Sequence record: NC_022096.1
Direction: 5' to 3' (one strand)
DNA length: 64,000 bases
In this document: positions 26,858 through 35,437 of the stretch, in pieces
Numbering within the stretch: position 1 is the stretch's first letter
How the letters are laid out: each line of letters starts with the position of its first letter
Notes under the pieces: model-generated
The model's input: the letters and a program-made list of their open reading frames with translations, nothing else
What the model was told of the DNA's origin: nothing
Database searches by the model: none
Translations under genes and position numbers: made by a program

Positions 26858-27322
26858 TCAGAACATGCGGAAGATAATGTCGGAGCTGTAGAGCTTGGCG
26901 TAGTGTGACAGCGATACCATGCCAATGCCATCGCGTATCTGCTGCTTAGCCCACACTGGAAGCAAGCCGCCTTCGAACTGGAAGTCTTTCTGGTATGTCA
27001 GAGTGCCGCTGCCGATGAGGCGCCGACCGGTGAACGTAACCCGCGCAGCACCCTTGGGCAGACTGCGAATCGAGTAGTCAGTAAACACTGCCGCCGTGAC
27101 CGTGTGTACCACGCGCATGGTCAGCAAATGACACAACATATCGCGCAGTGCGGCCTCCATGCAGCAACGTGTCACTAGGTCATGCGGCTCGAATATTGCC
27201 TGAGCCTTGATATTCTCTATCGCCTCGATCACCACATTCTCGACCGTGGTCTGCTCCAGACGAGTGCGCAAGTCAAACGCTGGGGCGCCAACGTCATCGC
27301 GTATGCTAATCGGCAAGCTCAT
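26858..27322 (-). CDS. hypothetical protein
   Basis: 154 aa. Confidence 0.7.
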   Translation of the reverse strand: MSLPISIRDDVGAPAFDLRTRLEQTTVENVVIEAIENIKAQAIFEPHDLVTRCCMEAALRDMLCHLLTMRVVHTVTAAVFTDYSIRSLPKGAARVTFTGRRLIGSGTLTYQKDFQFEGGLLPVWAKQQIRDGIGMVSLSHYAKLYSSDIIFRMF

Positions 27323-27531
27323 ACGAGTATCGTCCCTTCTTCGTAGTAAATCCAGTTTGGGTCGGCAGTTGGGTCTTTTGCCAACTCTTCCGCGACAATG
27401 CGCTTGGCAATTTCCTCGTCTTCGACTTCTTGGATGATGTCGCGCGTCAGATCACCTTCTCGGCCTTGCGAACCATCGTGTACGCGGTTCTTATACACGA
27501 TGAAGCCCGGGACAGACATAAACTCAGCCAT
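27319..27531 (-). CDS. hypothetical protein
   Basis: start MAEFMS, GGAG RBS; 70 aa. Confidence 0.65.
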   Translation of the reverse strand: MAEFMSVPGFIVYKNRVHDGSQGREGDLTRDIIQEVEDEEIAKRIVAEELAKDPTADPNWIYYEEGTILV

Positions 27532-27985
27532 TGATGTTCTCCGCATCGACCGTGATCTTGAGTGCAACTTTGGGCTGCATGTCATAGTCGATGTTTACAA
27601 TTCCGCTGTTGGTCAACTTGCGAACCAAGCGAGCGGCATGTCTGGCGCTACGGGCGTGCAGTGTCGAATGCTGCGTGCCATCATCATACAGCACGTGGGC
27701 GACGACACCTCGCTTTTGAAACACCAGACGGAACCGATCAACGATGCCGCCGGTGATGTTGGTGTATCCTTGGACTTTCAGGTGCTCCTTGAAGGCAGCA
27801 GTGACCCTGCGCAGTTCTCGCAGATCATTCGACGCTTGCCTGCGCTTCAAGTGAGCCGCAAGGTCGCGCTTGAGTCGGGTCAACAAGCGTCGAACCTGAA
27901 TCTGTTTCAGCACTTCTTGCTGCTCTGGCGATACCGCCACTTTATCACCCCAGAGCAAGTGCCCCTTCGAAATCGAATTTGACAT
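27524..27985 (-). CDS. hypothetical basic protein
   Basis: 153 aa. Confidence 0.6.
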   Translation of the reverse strand: MSNSISKGHLLWGDKVAVSPEQQEVLKQIQVRRLLTRLKRDLAAHLKRRQASNDLRELRRVTAAFKEHLKVQGYTNITGGIVDRFRLVFQKRGVVAHVLYDDGTQHSTLHARSARHAARLVRKLTNSGIVNIDYDMQPKVALKITVDAENING

Positions 27986-28358
27986 CCAGCACCACCGATT
28001 CTGTGTACTCGAATTGAAGATCGTGCGCGCTGGGTTCTCCTTCGGCAGCGCGGACGCTAGTGGGGAAGCAGCCCTTGAACACCGTCACTTTGATACGGTC
28101 GAGCTGCTGGCGCATGTACTTCTTGGCGATGCGGCGCTTGCGGAATCGACGCTGGAGCAACTGGTCGCCGGTCATGCGCACTTCAAAGCGCTGACGTCCG
28201 TTGGATTCAACGAGGACTGACATCGTGCCTTTCTTGAAAAGCGGTTCAGACACGGCGATGTCTCTTCGGTACTCATCCAGATTCGGAGCTGGCCGGCCGA
28301 GCTTGAGCCACTCTTTCATCCAGTTCTCCAGTATAGGATTTTCGATGCTGCTATCCAT
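27945..28358 (-). CDS. hypothetical protein
   Basis: 137 aa, RRFRKRRIAKKY basic patch. Confidence 0.65.
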   Translation of the reverse strand: MDSSIENPILENWMKEWLKLGRPAPNLDEYRRDIAVSEPLFKKGTMSVLVESNGRQRFEVRMTGDQLLQRRFRKRRIAKKYMRQQLDRIKVTVFKGCFPTSVRAAEGEPSAHDLQFEYTESVVLDVKFDFEGALALG

Positions 28359-28644
28359 AGTAAACCTCGCAGTGCGAAAGGGTTATGGGAAATCTGCTGG
28401 TGTCGAACATCGAGTCGAAGAACTCCTGAGCACCAAAGCCAAGGTCGAACGCAAAGCGCGTGGCAGCATCAGGCACGACATCGATGTTGCGTACCTTACC
28501 GACGGCACAGTTGCGCAGGTTGTACAGCCAGATGCCGTATTCGACATCCTCGTCAGGCTGCTTGGAACAAGTCTTCTGCAAGGACTTGTGCTCCGTGCTC
28601 TTTCGAGAAGTGCATGCCTGAGGTGTGGTCGTAGTGGAGACCAT
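28351..28644 (-). CDS. hypothetical protein
   Basis: up to 97 aa; start uncertain because of overlap with the SLOG gene. Confidence 0.5.
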   Translation of the reverse strand: MVSTTTTPQACTSRKSTEHKSLQKTCSKQPDEDVEYGIWLYNLRNCAVGKVRNIDVVPDAATRFAFDLGFGAQEFFDSMFDTSRFPITLSHCEVYYG

Positions 28645-29194
28645 ATTCGTTTTCCTTTTTCTGACACCAGCGCACCACTTTTGCCCTGTGGTCTTTGCGC
28701 TGCAGGTTGAGTACGTTTACCTTGTAGATGCTTGCGACGTTGATGGCGATGCCAGTGCCGCCTGTGATACCCACCTGATAATCGTCTATACTCACAGCAC
28801 CATCAGGTGTCCAGCATACAACGTAGTCGCTCTTAACGACATCGGACTCCGTCTCGCACACACCAAGGACTTGCCAGCAGTTGCGACGGAAGAACTCGCG
28901 GGTCTGCTGCGTCTGGATGTCGTACGGGAACACCTCTTTCAGCAACCGATCTGCGAAGTCTATGGCAGCATCGCTCCAGCGCCAGAAGCCTTCCTTGCCG
29001 CGCCACTTCATGTGCGGCAGGTAGATCATAGGGTCCCAGTTGGTCTCAAAGGCTTCGTCAGCGCCGCGGGCACCTCCTGTCCTGCACTTGCGACGCTGTA
29101 GTCGAGAAAAGCGACTCATGAGCCTGAGGATCACATACGGTGTATCTCGACTACCCACGCCTGTGAAGAAGCGGTCATCGTCTACCACGATCAT
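28553..29194 (-). CDS. SLOG superfamily (DprA/Smf-like Rossmann) nucleotide-binding protein
   Basis: FTGVGSRDTP, RTGGARGADEAFE, VVCWTPDG...GGTGIAI. Confidence 0.8.
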   Translation of the reverse strand: MIVVDDDRFFTGVGSRDTPYVILRLMSRFSRLQRRKCRTGGARGADEAFETNWDPMIYLPHMKWRGKEGFWRWSDAAIDFADRLLKEVFPYDIQTQQTREFFRRNCWQVLGVCETESDVVKSDYVVCWTPDGAVSIDDYQVGITGGTGIAINVASIYKVNVLNLQRKDHRAKVVRWCQKKENEYGLHYDHTSGMHFSKEHGAQVLAEDLFQAA

Positions 29195-29438
29195 GGCGAG
29201 GCTTCCAATTGTCCACGATACCAACGGAGTAGCGGCCGAGTTCCCAGTCGAGTTCGCACTGCAGGTCTTTGATCTTCTCTCTGACCATGACCTGCTTGCA
29301 GATCAGGTTGCAGTAAGACAGGCGCTCCCACATGGTCTTGTTGTCACCTTTCTCGGAGAGTTCGGCGCAACGTGCGGTTATGTGAGCCAGCTTGCGCTTA
29401 CCGCGCTTGATTCTCCAGCGAAGTATTGACGCTATCAT
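29175..29438 (-). CDS. hypothetical basic protein
   Basis: start MIASIL, AGGAG RBS; 87 aa. Confidence 0.55.
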   Translation of the reverse strand: MIASILRWRIKRGKRKLAHITARCAELSEKGDNKTMWERLSYCNLICKQVMVREKIKDLQCELDWELGRYSVGIVDNWKPRHDRGRR

Positions 29439-29607
29439 GTTCGGTCTCCTTTGCGAGAAGTTTCTCGGCACACTCAAGGCAGCAAGATGCGCGCTTGTCG
29501 CAGTCGATGGCAGGATGATCCCCAACTCGACATACGATCATGTAGCCGCCGGGCGCGTAGCCGAACTTTCGCAAGTCTTCGCGCAGCGGCAGATCAGAGT
29601 GGGACAT
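29398..29607 (-). CDS. small Cys-rich (zinc-finger-like) protein
   Basis: GYAPGGYMIVC...DKRASCCLECA. Confidence 0.6.
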   Translation of the reverse strand: MSHSDLPLREDLRKFGYAPGGYMIVCRVGDHPAIDCDKRASCCLECAEKLLAKETEHDSVNTSLENQAR

Positions 29608-29863
29608 CGCCGCGCACCTTGTGTTGCGCCGAGACGAACACACCACCCTCGAAAACGAGCTGGTCGCCAGCACCTACGAGAGTGGCTGCCGGGAACTCGC
29701 GTTTGTTGAGCTTGTTGTCCTTGTCGAACCAGATACAGCACACGTTGCCCATGCGCGATACGCAGTGTACCGTCATGGCGATGTTGGTGCCCTTGACCGC
29801 AGTGAGCAAGCCCGTGCGGAATTTGTCTTTGATGCCGTCAAGTTCGAGCTGTTCCATAATCAC
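29594..29863 (-). CDS. DUF2158/YodC-like protein
   Basis: MTVHCV...VCCIWFD...REFPAATL. Confidence 0.65.
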   Translation of the reverse strand: MIMEQLELDGIKDKFRTGLLTAVKGTNIAMTVHCVSRMGNVCCIWFDKDNKLNKREFPAATLVGAGDQLVFEGGVFVSAQHKVRGDVPL

Positions 29864-29864
29864 C

Positions 29865-30242
29865 TCACAGTGCTTTGATGTATGCGTTTGGGTTGTGTTC
29901 TTGGTAGAGGAACACGCGGAAGCGCAGCGCCAGAGTGGCTTGACGCTGGCCGTTCTTCTCCAGGTACGCGAAGGCGAGTACGCCAGCCGCCGAATACTTG
30001 TCTTCCGGGTCCACAGCTAGGCGGTCGTACTGAATGTTGTACACGACGATACGTTGGCTGTTGTCATGTGCCTCTTCGCCATTATCCATGACGGATACAG
30101 GCAGATGGTGCATGTTCTCTGGACCGCTACCGCGCAGCTCAACCTTGCCATCGTACAAGCCAGAGATTTGGCGCAGGACGTCAGCGCGAACGTAGCCAAC
30201 GAACGATGAAGGTAGAACCAATGTAGAGTGAGAAAGAGTCAT
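29865..30242 (-). CDS. hypothetical protein
   Basis: 125 aa, AAGGA RBS. Confidence 0.7.
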   Translation of the reverse strand: MTLSHSTLVLPSSFVGYVRADVLRQISGLYDGKVELRGSGPENMHHLPVSVMDNGEEAHDNSQRIVVYNIQYDRLAVDPEDKYSAAGVLAFAYLEKNGQRQATLALRFRVFLYQEHNPNAYIKAL

Positions 30243-30256
30243 CTGGGTTTCCTTGA

Positions 30257-31006
30257 TTAGACCACGTCGAAGTTGTCGCCGACTGGCTTTGGCTCCACGG
30301 TTTCGGCATACGCCAAGAACGCTTCTTTCAACGACGGCAGGAGCGCTTCGTGAAGCTGCTTAGCGGTGTCGGTGAAGAACTCGATGCCGTCCAAAAACTT
30401 GAGCTGGCCCTCAGCCATTTCTCGGCGACTGATCTGCTTACCCATGGAGACCTGCATTTCAGTACGCAGACCTTCCATGATGATCGACACGCCGTCAGGC
30501 TCGAAAGACTGCATGGCGTCCGCATCACGCAAGCATGCCTGCTCCATGTTCTGCGGCGTATACACGAAGGGATACTGCGTGCAGCGAATGTGCTGGATGA
30601 CTCGGTCCGTGAAGCCTTTACCGAACTGGTTTTCCAGGGATTCGTACATTTCACCGATGCCGGTTTCGATGGCGATTTCGATGTTCTTCTCGTCGTCCGC
30701 CTCGCCGGCGGTGTGTCCGTAGTCATGCAAGAGCGCAGCAACCACAATCTCTGCCAATCCGGTCTCCTCGTAGCCACCACGAGGGATGTTCTCCATCATG
30801 TAGAGCTGCGCTGCGGAGAGGGCAACGTACTGCATGTGCGTGTTGCTGTGATACGGGTTACGCCCACCTGGATTGTTCTCCAGCACCCATTGCCAAATCC
30901 AAGTGATGCGCAGTTGCTCCAACAGGCGCGTAAACTGAACCTTTTTCGCTACCTGCGTGGAGCGCAATGGATGCGCCATGGTTGTTTGTACTGCCGTCAG
31001 GTTCAT
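30257..31006 (-). CDS. HD-domain phosphohydrolase with class I cNMP-phosphodiesterase-like motifs
   Basis: NPYHSNTH, AALLHDYGH, LRDADAMQ; GGAG RBS before MNLTAV. Confidence 0.85.
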   Translation of the reverse strand: MNLTAVQTTMAHPLRSTQVAKKVQFTRLLEQLRITWIWQWVLENNPGGRNPYHSNTHMQYVALSAAQLYMMENIPRGGYEETGLAEIVVAALLHDYGHTAGEADDEKNIEIAIETGIGEMYESLENQFGKGFTDRVIQHIRCTQYPFVYTPQNMEQACLRDADAMQSFEPDGVSIIMEGLRTEMQVSMGKQISRREMAEGQLKFLDGIEFFTDTAKQLHEALLPSLKEAFLAYAETVEPKPVGDNFDVV

Positions 31007-31535
31007 ATCGAACTCCAAGGTGAATGGCTGGATAGTTGCGAGTTGAAATGCCGAACAAGAACTCAGGCACTTCGCGGCGGGTGAAGCAGGTACGCATAGG
31101 CTTAGGGCGCTTCTGCCATGAAGCGAGCTTCGCCCTGAGGTATCGTCGATACGCTAGATGTGGTTTGTTGCTGCGGAACTCTTCCGGCATTGCCTGTGCG
31201 AAAGCTGTCATACCGACGTTAGGCAGGTCAGGGATCGCGCGCAGTGCTTCGGCGTGTACAGTAGTTGCGTGGATTTTGTTGAAGCGGAAGGTGTACTCGT
31301 CCAGCAGCGCGTCTAATAGTCGGACGGTCCATTCGTAGTTGTATCGAGATTGCCGTAACCAGACCGCACACGGATGATGCTCATGTGTCTTTCGGTAAGC
31401 CACTTGTTGGCCGGTGACAACAACGTGCGTGGTCGAGAGTAACTGTGCCGTTTCCACGATCATCTTGATGACATGGACATCGCAATGCTGGCGAGCGCAA
31501 ACAATCGGGTTATGATGCGTCGCAAAGATGTTCAT
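30858..31535 (-). CDS. pyrimidine-dimer DNA glycosylase/endonuclease V-like family protein
   Basis: MNIF...CDVHVIKMIVETAQLLST, YRKTHEHHPCAVWLR, FAQAMPEE. Confidence 0.75.
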   Translation of the reverse strand: MNIFATHHNPIVCARQHCDVHVIKMIVETAQLLSTTHVVVTGQQVAYRKTHEHHPCAVWLRQSRYNYEWTVRLLDALLDEYTFRFNKIHATTVHAEALRAIPDLPNVGMTAFAQAMPEEFRSNKPHLAYRRYLRAKLASWQKRPKPMRTCFTRREVPEFLFGISTRNYPAIHLGVRYEPDGSTNNHGASIALHAGSEKGSVYAPVGATAHHLDLAMGAGEQSRWA

Positions 31536-31560
31536 AGTTCACCTCTGACTGTAGTTTACA

Positions 31561-31590
31561 GAAAGCGAAAAGGCGACCCTAAGGCCGCCT
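31561..31590 (-). terminator. rho-independent terminator
   Basis: AGGCGGCC-UUAG-GGTCGCCT then TTTCGCTTTC. Confidence 0.8.
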
Positions 31591-31596
31591 CTTGCG

Positions 31597-31839
31597 TCAG
31601 TCAGATACTGGAACCCAGCGTTGTTCGCACTTCACGCCGTACTTCTCCGCACATGCCTTACTCTCGCTGAGCGTGTTGAGGTCCGCAATAAGTGGAATCA
31701 CGACGAATACCATCAGCAGGAACAGCAAGAATGACCAGGCTATGGCGTCGGCCATCCAGAGCTTCCACTTAGGAGCACCGCGCCAGTCTTTCTTTTTAGC
31801 ATACTCCAGGAAGTGGGCGAGCACATACAAGGCCTTCAT
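31597..31839 (-). CDS. small membrane protein
   Basis: 80 aa, one strong TM. Confidence 0.65.
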   Translation of the reverse strand: MKALYVLAHFLEYAKKKDWRGAPKWKLWMADAIAWSFLLFLLMVFVVIPLIADLNTLSESKACAEKYGVKCEQRWVPVSD

Positions 31840-32639
31840 TGTCTAATCTCCACGGCCTTCTGCTCACACGGCTTGCTGTCGAAGTACGCGATCCGCCGGG
31901 CGTCCCCTTCCAGGTAGTTGTAGATGTTGCGCCACACATCGAAGTGCAGCAGCACATTCAAGCCAGTGCTACGCAAACCAGTTGCCAGTTTGAACAGCAG
32001 GCTGCCGTCGAGCACTGACAGGCTTTCGTGCATGTGAACACGGCATCCGGAACCGACAGGGCCGTCAGTGCAGATGAATTGCTCGACTGCGACATTTGCG
32101 GCGCGGAGCTTAACGTAGTCGTCGAATGTGAATACGGAGCGGTCGTCGTCCGAGGCCTTTTCGTGGGACTCTGCACCAGGCACTTGGACAAAAAACTCCC
32201 CGTTGTTGCGTCCCATGTAGGCGATCATGTCCTCCATGAGTTCGTAGTAGCCGACCGTGGCAGGCAGCAGTACCGTCAGGTCGTGCTCATGCTTTGAAGC
32301 GTTGGCGAGTGTGTTGAGGGTCTCAATCACGTTACGGCGGGTACGGTCATTCGCAAAACCGAGTTCCGGCGTAAGAATCACCATGCCCTTAACAGGGGCG
32401 AGGTCTTGGTCTGGGACGTGATCTACGCCCAAGCAGACAATGTTCGAGATTTCCCATTGAGAGCGCAAGTGCTCAGACACGAACGCACGTGCGGTTGATG
32501 CCAACGTGCCGATTACAAACAAGGTAGAGCGCACGTAATTCGGATCAGCGTACTCGTTAGCGCTGTCCTTCTTGTGCCCGATGATCCAGCCGTTGACTGT
32601 GATCGAATACCGCTCTTTTGCGGCCGTGATGATTTGCAT
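31836..32639 (-). CDS. hypothetical protein
   Basis: 267 aa, AAGGAG RBS. Confidence 0.75.
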   Translation of the reverse strand: MQIITAAKERYSITVNGWIIGHKKDSANEYADPNYVRSTLFVIGTLASTARAFVSEHLRSQWEISNIVCLGVDHVPDQDLAPVKGMVILTPELGFANDRTRRNVIETLNTLANASKHEHDLTVLLPATVGYYELMEDMIAYMGRNNGEFFVQVPGAESHEKASDDDRSVFTFDDYVKLRAANVAVEQFICTDGPVGSGCRVHMHESLSVLDGSLLFKLATGLRSTGLNVLLHFDVWRNIYNYLEGDARRIAYFDSKPCEQKAVEIRQ

Positions 32640-32678
32640 ATGTAGCTCCTTCGCTTTTGCGATTGCGGATGCTTGGAT

Positions 32679-32707
32679 ACACGCACCAGACTGTGCCTAG
32701 TGCGTGT
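32679..32707 (-). other. intergenic stem-loop (8-bp stem, 13-nt loop)
   Basis: ACACGCAC-N13-GTGCGTGT. Confidence 0.5.
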
Positions 32708-32722
32708 GGTGTTGCCAACCGA

Positions 32723-33565
32723 TTACTCGGCGTCGATCATTGCCTGTGCAACGATACGGGTCCAGTTCTCGATCTTCGGGTTGTCGAGAATCTGACGTGC
32801 GGTAGCCAGTGGACGTGCGAGCAGTTGTGCTTCACGCGGCACGGCAGTGATGCCGGACGGGATGTCGATGACGCTCACGATGCCCAGGTGCAGATGGCCG
32901 ACATCGTCGCTCTGGTCCCAGATCAGGCCCTTGAACTTCGGCTCCAGCTTCGGGCGCTCGGTGAGTTCCACGCCGTTGCTGTCCAGCAGCAGAACTTCCT
33001 GATCGAACTCACGACCGGCGCTGATGCTCAGGGTTGCGACGACATCCACGGTGCTGTACGCTTCTTCGGTGATGTCGCCGAAATCTGCACCGTTCTCTTT
33101 GGCGACCAACTGCAGGTCACCCACGGACATGAAGTCGGCATGATCGACGTGGCCGCCGTAGCCGACACTGTCGTTACCTGCGAGGCGCGATTCACCGACA
33201 CCCTTGCCGCGCTGGTACATGAAGTAGTAGTACGTGCCTTCGATGATGGTGCGAAGAACGCGATACGGAAGCAGTTGCAGCTTGGTACGGTCGCCCAGGT
33301 AGTTGATCGGCGGGACGCGCTTGTAGTCAAGCTCGATGCCGTGCATGTTGGCGATGTGGTCGATCAGGCCGATGATTTCTTCGCGGCCGGTCTTGCGGTT
33401 GTCGAGTACGTCGCGCAGGCCGCTGATCAGGTGGGTACGAGTCGCTGCGAGGAAATCATCCTCGAATACGGAGTTGAACCCGTTACGCAGACCGAGCTGC
33501 TTGATGAACGGGAAGGCCTCAACGGCCAGAATGTGTTGTGGGTGCTTCATTCGATTGGCTTCCAT
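32723..33565 (-). CDS. Nudix-fold phosphoesterase (COG4112-like MutT family)
   Basis: QLLPY...YQRG...ESRL...SVGYGGHVD...GREFDQEV...DDVGHLHLG. Confidence 0.75.
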   Translation of the reverse strand: MEANRMKHPQHILAVEAFPFIKQLGLRNGFNSVFEDDFLAATRTHLISGLRDVLDNRKTGREEIIGLIDHIANMHGIELDYKRVPPINYLGDRTKLQLLPYRVLRTIIEGTYYYFMYQRGKGVGESRLAGNDSVGYGGHVDHADFMSVGDLQLVAKENGADFGDITEEAYSTVDVVATLSISAGREFDQEVLLLDSNGVELTERPKLEPKFKGLIWDQSDDVGHLHLGIVSVIDIPSGITAVPREAQLLARPLATARQILDNPKIENWTRIVAQAMIDAE

Positions 33566-33601
33566 GTTGGGTTGAACAGCGATACTCGTTTACAGTTCCG
33601 C

Positions 33602-33636
33602 AGAAACGAAAATGGGAACCCGAAGGCTCCCATTTT
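33602..33636 (-). terminator. rho-independent terminator
   Basis: AAAATGGGAGCC-UUCG-GGTTCCCATTTT then CGTTTC. Confidence 0.85.
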
Positions 33637-33637
33637 C

Positions 33638-33919
33638 TTACGCTGTGGTCGTCGGTGCGCAGAGGACTTGCACACCCTGGAGAAAGAACGAGGTGATCTT
33701 CTCGTTGGCGTCGTTCTGAATGTGCATCAGCGCAGGCACGTCAGCATCGCCGTAGAACTTACCGACACCGCCCTTGAACGGATGCTTGGCGATGAACTCG
33801 TCCATTTCGGCGCGGGTCAGAACGATGGAGCTCACCGTGGACAGTGGGCCTTCGAGGTACGCCGCGTTGATGGCATCGATGACTTGCTGCACGATGCCAG
33901 TGTGGTTGTTGATTTCCAT
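33638..33919 (-). CDS. hypothetical protein
   Basis: 93 aa, GAGG RBS. Confidence 0.7.
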   Translation of the reverse strand: MEINNHTGIVQQVIDAINAAYLEGPLSTVSSIVLTRAEMDEFIAKHPFKGGVGKFYGDADVPALMHIQNDANEKITSFFLQGVQVLCAPTTTA

Positions 33920-33940
33920 GGTTTACCTCTGGAGTGAATG

Positions 33941-34486
33941 TCAGCCGGCTACGGCATTCAGGAAGATCGTCGGGAGCATGTGTTCTTCGACATCGACGGC
34001 GAGAATGCGGGCCTGGCCATTGGTTTCACGAATCAGGCGCTCGGCCGCCAGGATGCCGTAGTAGTCAGCGATAGGGTCGCTGATGGTCTTGACTTCGTGG
34101 CGACTGTCACCGGAGCGTGCCGTTTCAGCAAAGCGGCTACGGTACGCCGAGAGCGTTGGGTACACGTCCGCCGCGTGGGCGTTGATGTCGCCAGGACCAG
34201 CAATGCCGAGCTGGACCATATGCTCGTTGGTCTGCACCTGCTCACGGACGCAGTCCATAAGCGGGTTGTCGCTGTCCGCGATCAGAGTGTACAGGACGGA
34301 CACGGAGAACATGCGGATGCCGGTGTGCATCGTGATTTCTTCGGCGAACGGAGAGTCCGTGAACTGGTGTTCTTTCGGAACTTCTCGCGCATACGCCTCA
34401 CGCACAGGAGCGGTTTTCTTCGGACCCGCCTTTACGGTAGCGGACTTGCTGGCGGCTTTACCTTGCTTCTTGTCTTGGTTACGCAT
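33941..34486 (-). CDS. hypothetical protein
   Basis: 181 aa, GAGG RBS, Lys/Ala-rich N-terminus. Confidence 0.7.
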   Translation of the reverse strand: MRNQDKKQGKAASKSATVKAGPKKTAPVREAYAREVPKEHQFTDSPFAEEITMHTGIRMFSVSVLYTLIADSDNPLMDCVREQVQTNEHMVQLGIAGPGDINAHAADVYPTLSAYRSRFAETARSGDSRHEVKTISDPIADYYGILAAERLIRETNGQARILAVDVEEHMLPTIFLNAVAG

Positions 34487-34536
34487 TTCGATTACCTCAT
34501 GAGAGTTTCTTACGATTTACACTTCACTCTATGGTG

Positions 34537-35103
34537 CTAGTGCATGTGGACTTCCAACCAACTCGGCATTTCAGGCAACTCGCCGCGACGGATCAGTTCG
34601 ATGTCTAGGCGTGCCTTGCACAACTTCTGGACGAGCCGTTCCAGCAGATCGATTGCTTGGTTGAGTGTTGCTGGCCGAATCGGCGCTGGGTTTGCGCACA
34701 CGGTAATGCCGTACGCTCGGCGCCCTTCAAACTGCAACTCAACGAACTGCTGATGGACCGTTTCGACGCGCCCCAGGATAGCGATAAGAGCCGGGTCTTG
34801 CTGGTCAATGTCTATCTGGGCGAGAATGCCGAGTTCGTTCGCAATCGCAACAATCTCTCGGCCGGGGTCTTCCGACGGGGCCGGGTGTTTGCATTCCCGC
34901 AGATTTGCGATCTGCAAGGTGACGATGTTTATCTGATTGCGAACAGAGCGCAGTTCGTGCAGTACGGAGGAAAGCGATTGGTAGTAAGCCTGACCACGCG
35001 GACCACGCACGCCTTCATGTGTCAAACGCGCCCGTTCATCGATCAGCGCATCCAGCTTGGTGTACGCTGCATCCAGAAGTTTGTGAGCGTAGGAGATTTC
35101 CAT
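34537..35103 (-). CDS. hypothetical helical protein
   Basis: 188 aa. Confidence 0.65.
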   Translation of the reverse strand: MEISYAHKLLDAAYTKLDALIDERARLTHEGVRGPRGQAYYQSLSSVLHELRSVRNQINIVTLQIANLRECKHPAPSEDPGREIVAIANELGILAQIDIDQQDPALIAILGRVETVHQQFVELQFEGRRAYGITVCANPAPIRPATLNQAIDLLERLVQKLCKARLDIELIRRGELPEMPSWLEVHMH

Positions 35104-35106
35104 AGG

Positions 35107-35433
35107 TCACCCGACGAGTCGATTGGATTTGACCAACATGTGGCGAATTGCGTGCAGGGCACTTTTCACCTCGACATCTTCCAAGCGCATCATCACCAAA
35201 GCATCCGGCTCAAGCAGGCTAGCAAGCGCCTGGGCATGATCAAGCTCCAGAACGATCGGCTCATCTTGCTCCTCAGCAGGCGCGTATTTCACCGCGGTCT
35301 GATGCCAGCCGTCGCCGCTTCTTGGCTGGGCGTGACCAATAGGTTGCCAACCAGCAGCTAGGTGCTCACGCATTTCTCGATTCAGGTCAGCAATGGTTAT
35401 GCCGTGAACGACGCAGTAGTCAATGACTTTCAT
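35107..35433 (-). CDS. DUF1737-like domain protein
   Basis: YCVV...LNREMREHLAAGWQPIG...HQTAVK. Confidence 0.55.
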   Translation of the reverse strand: MKVIDYCVVHGITIADLNREMREHLAAGWQPIGHAQPRSGDGWHQTAVKYAPAEEQDEPIVLELDHAQALASLLEPDALVMMRLEDVEVKSALHAIRHMLVKSNRLVG

Positions 35434-35437
35434 GGCG

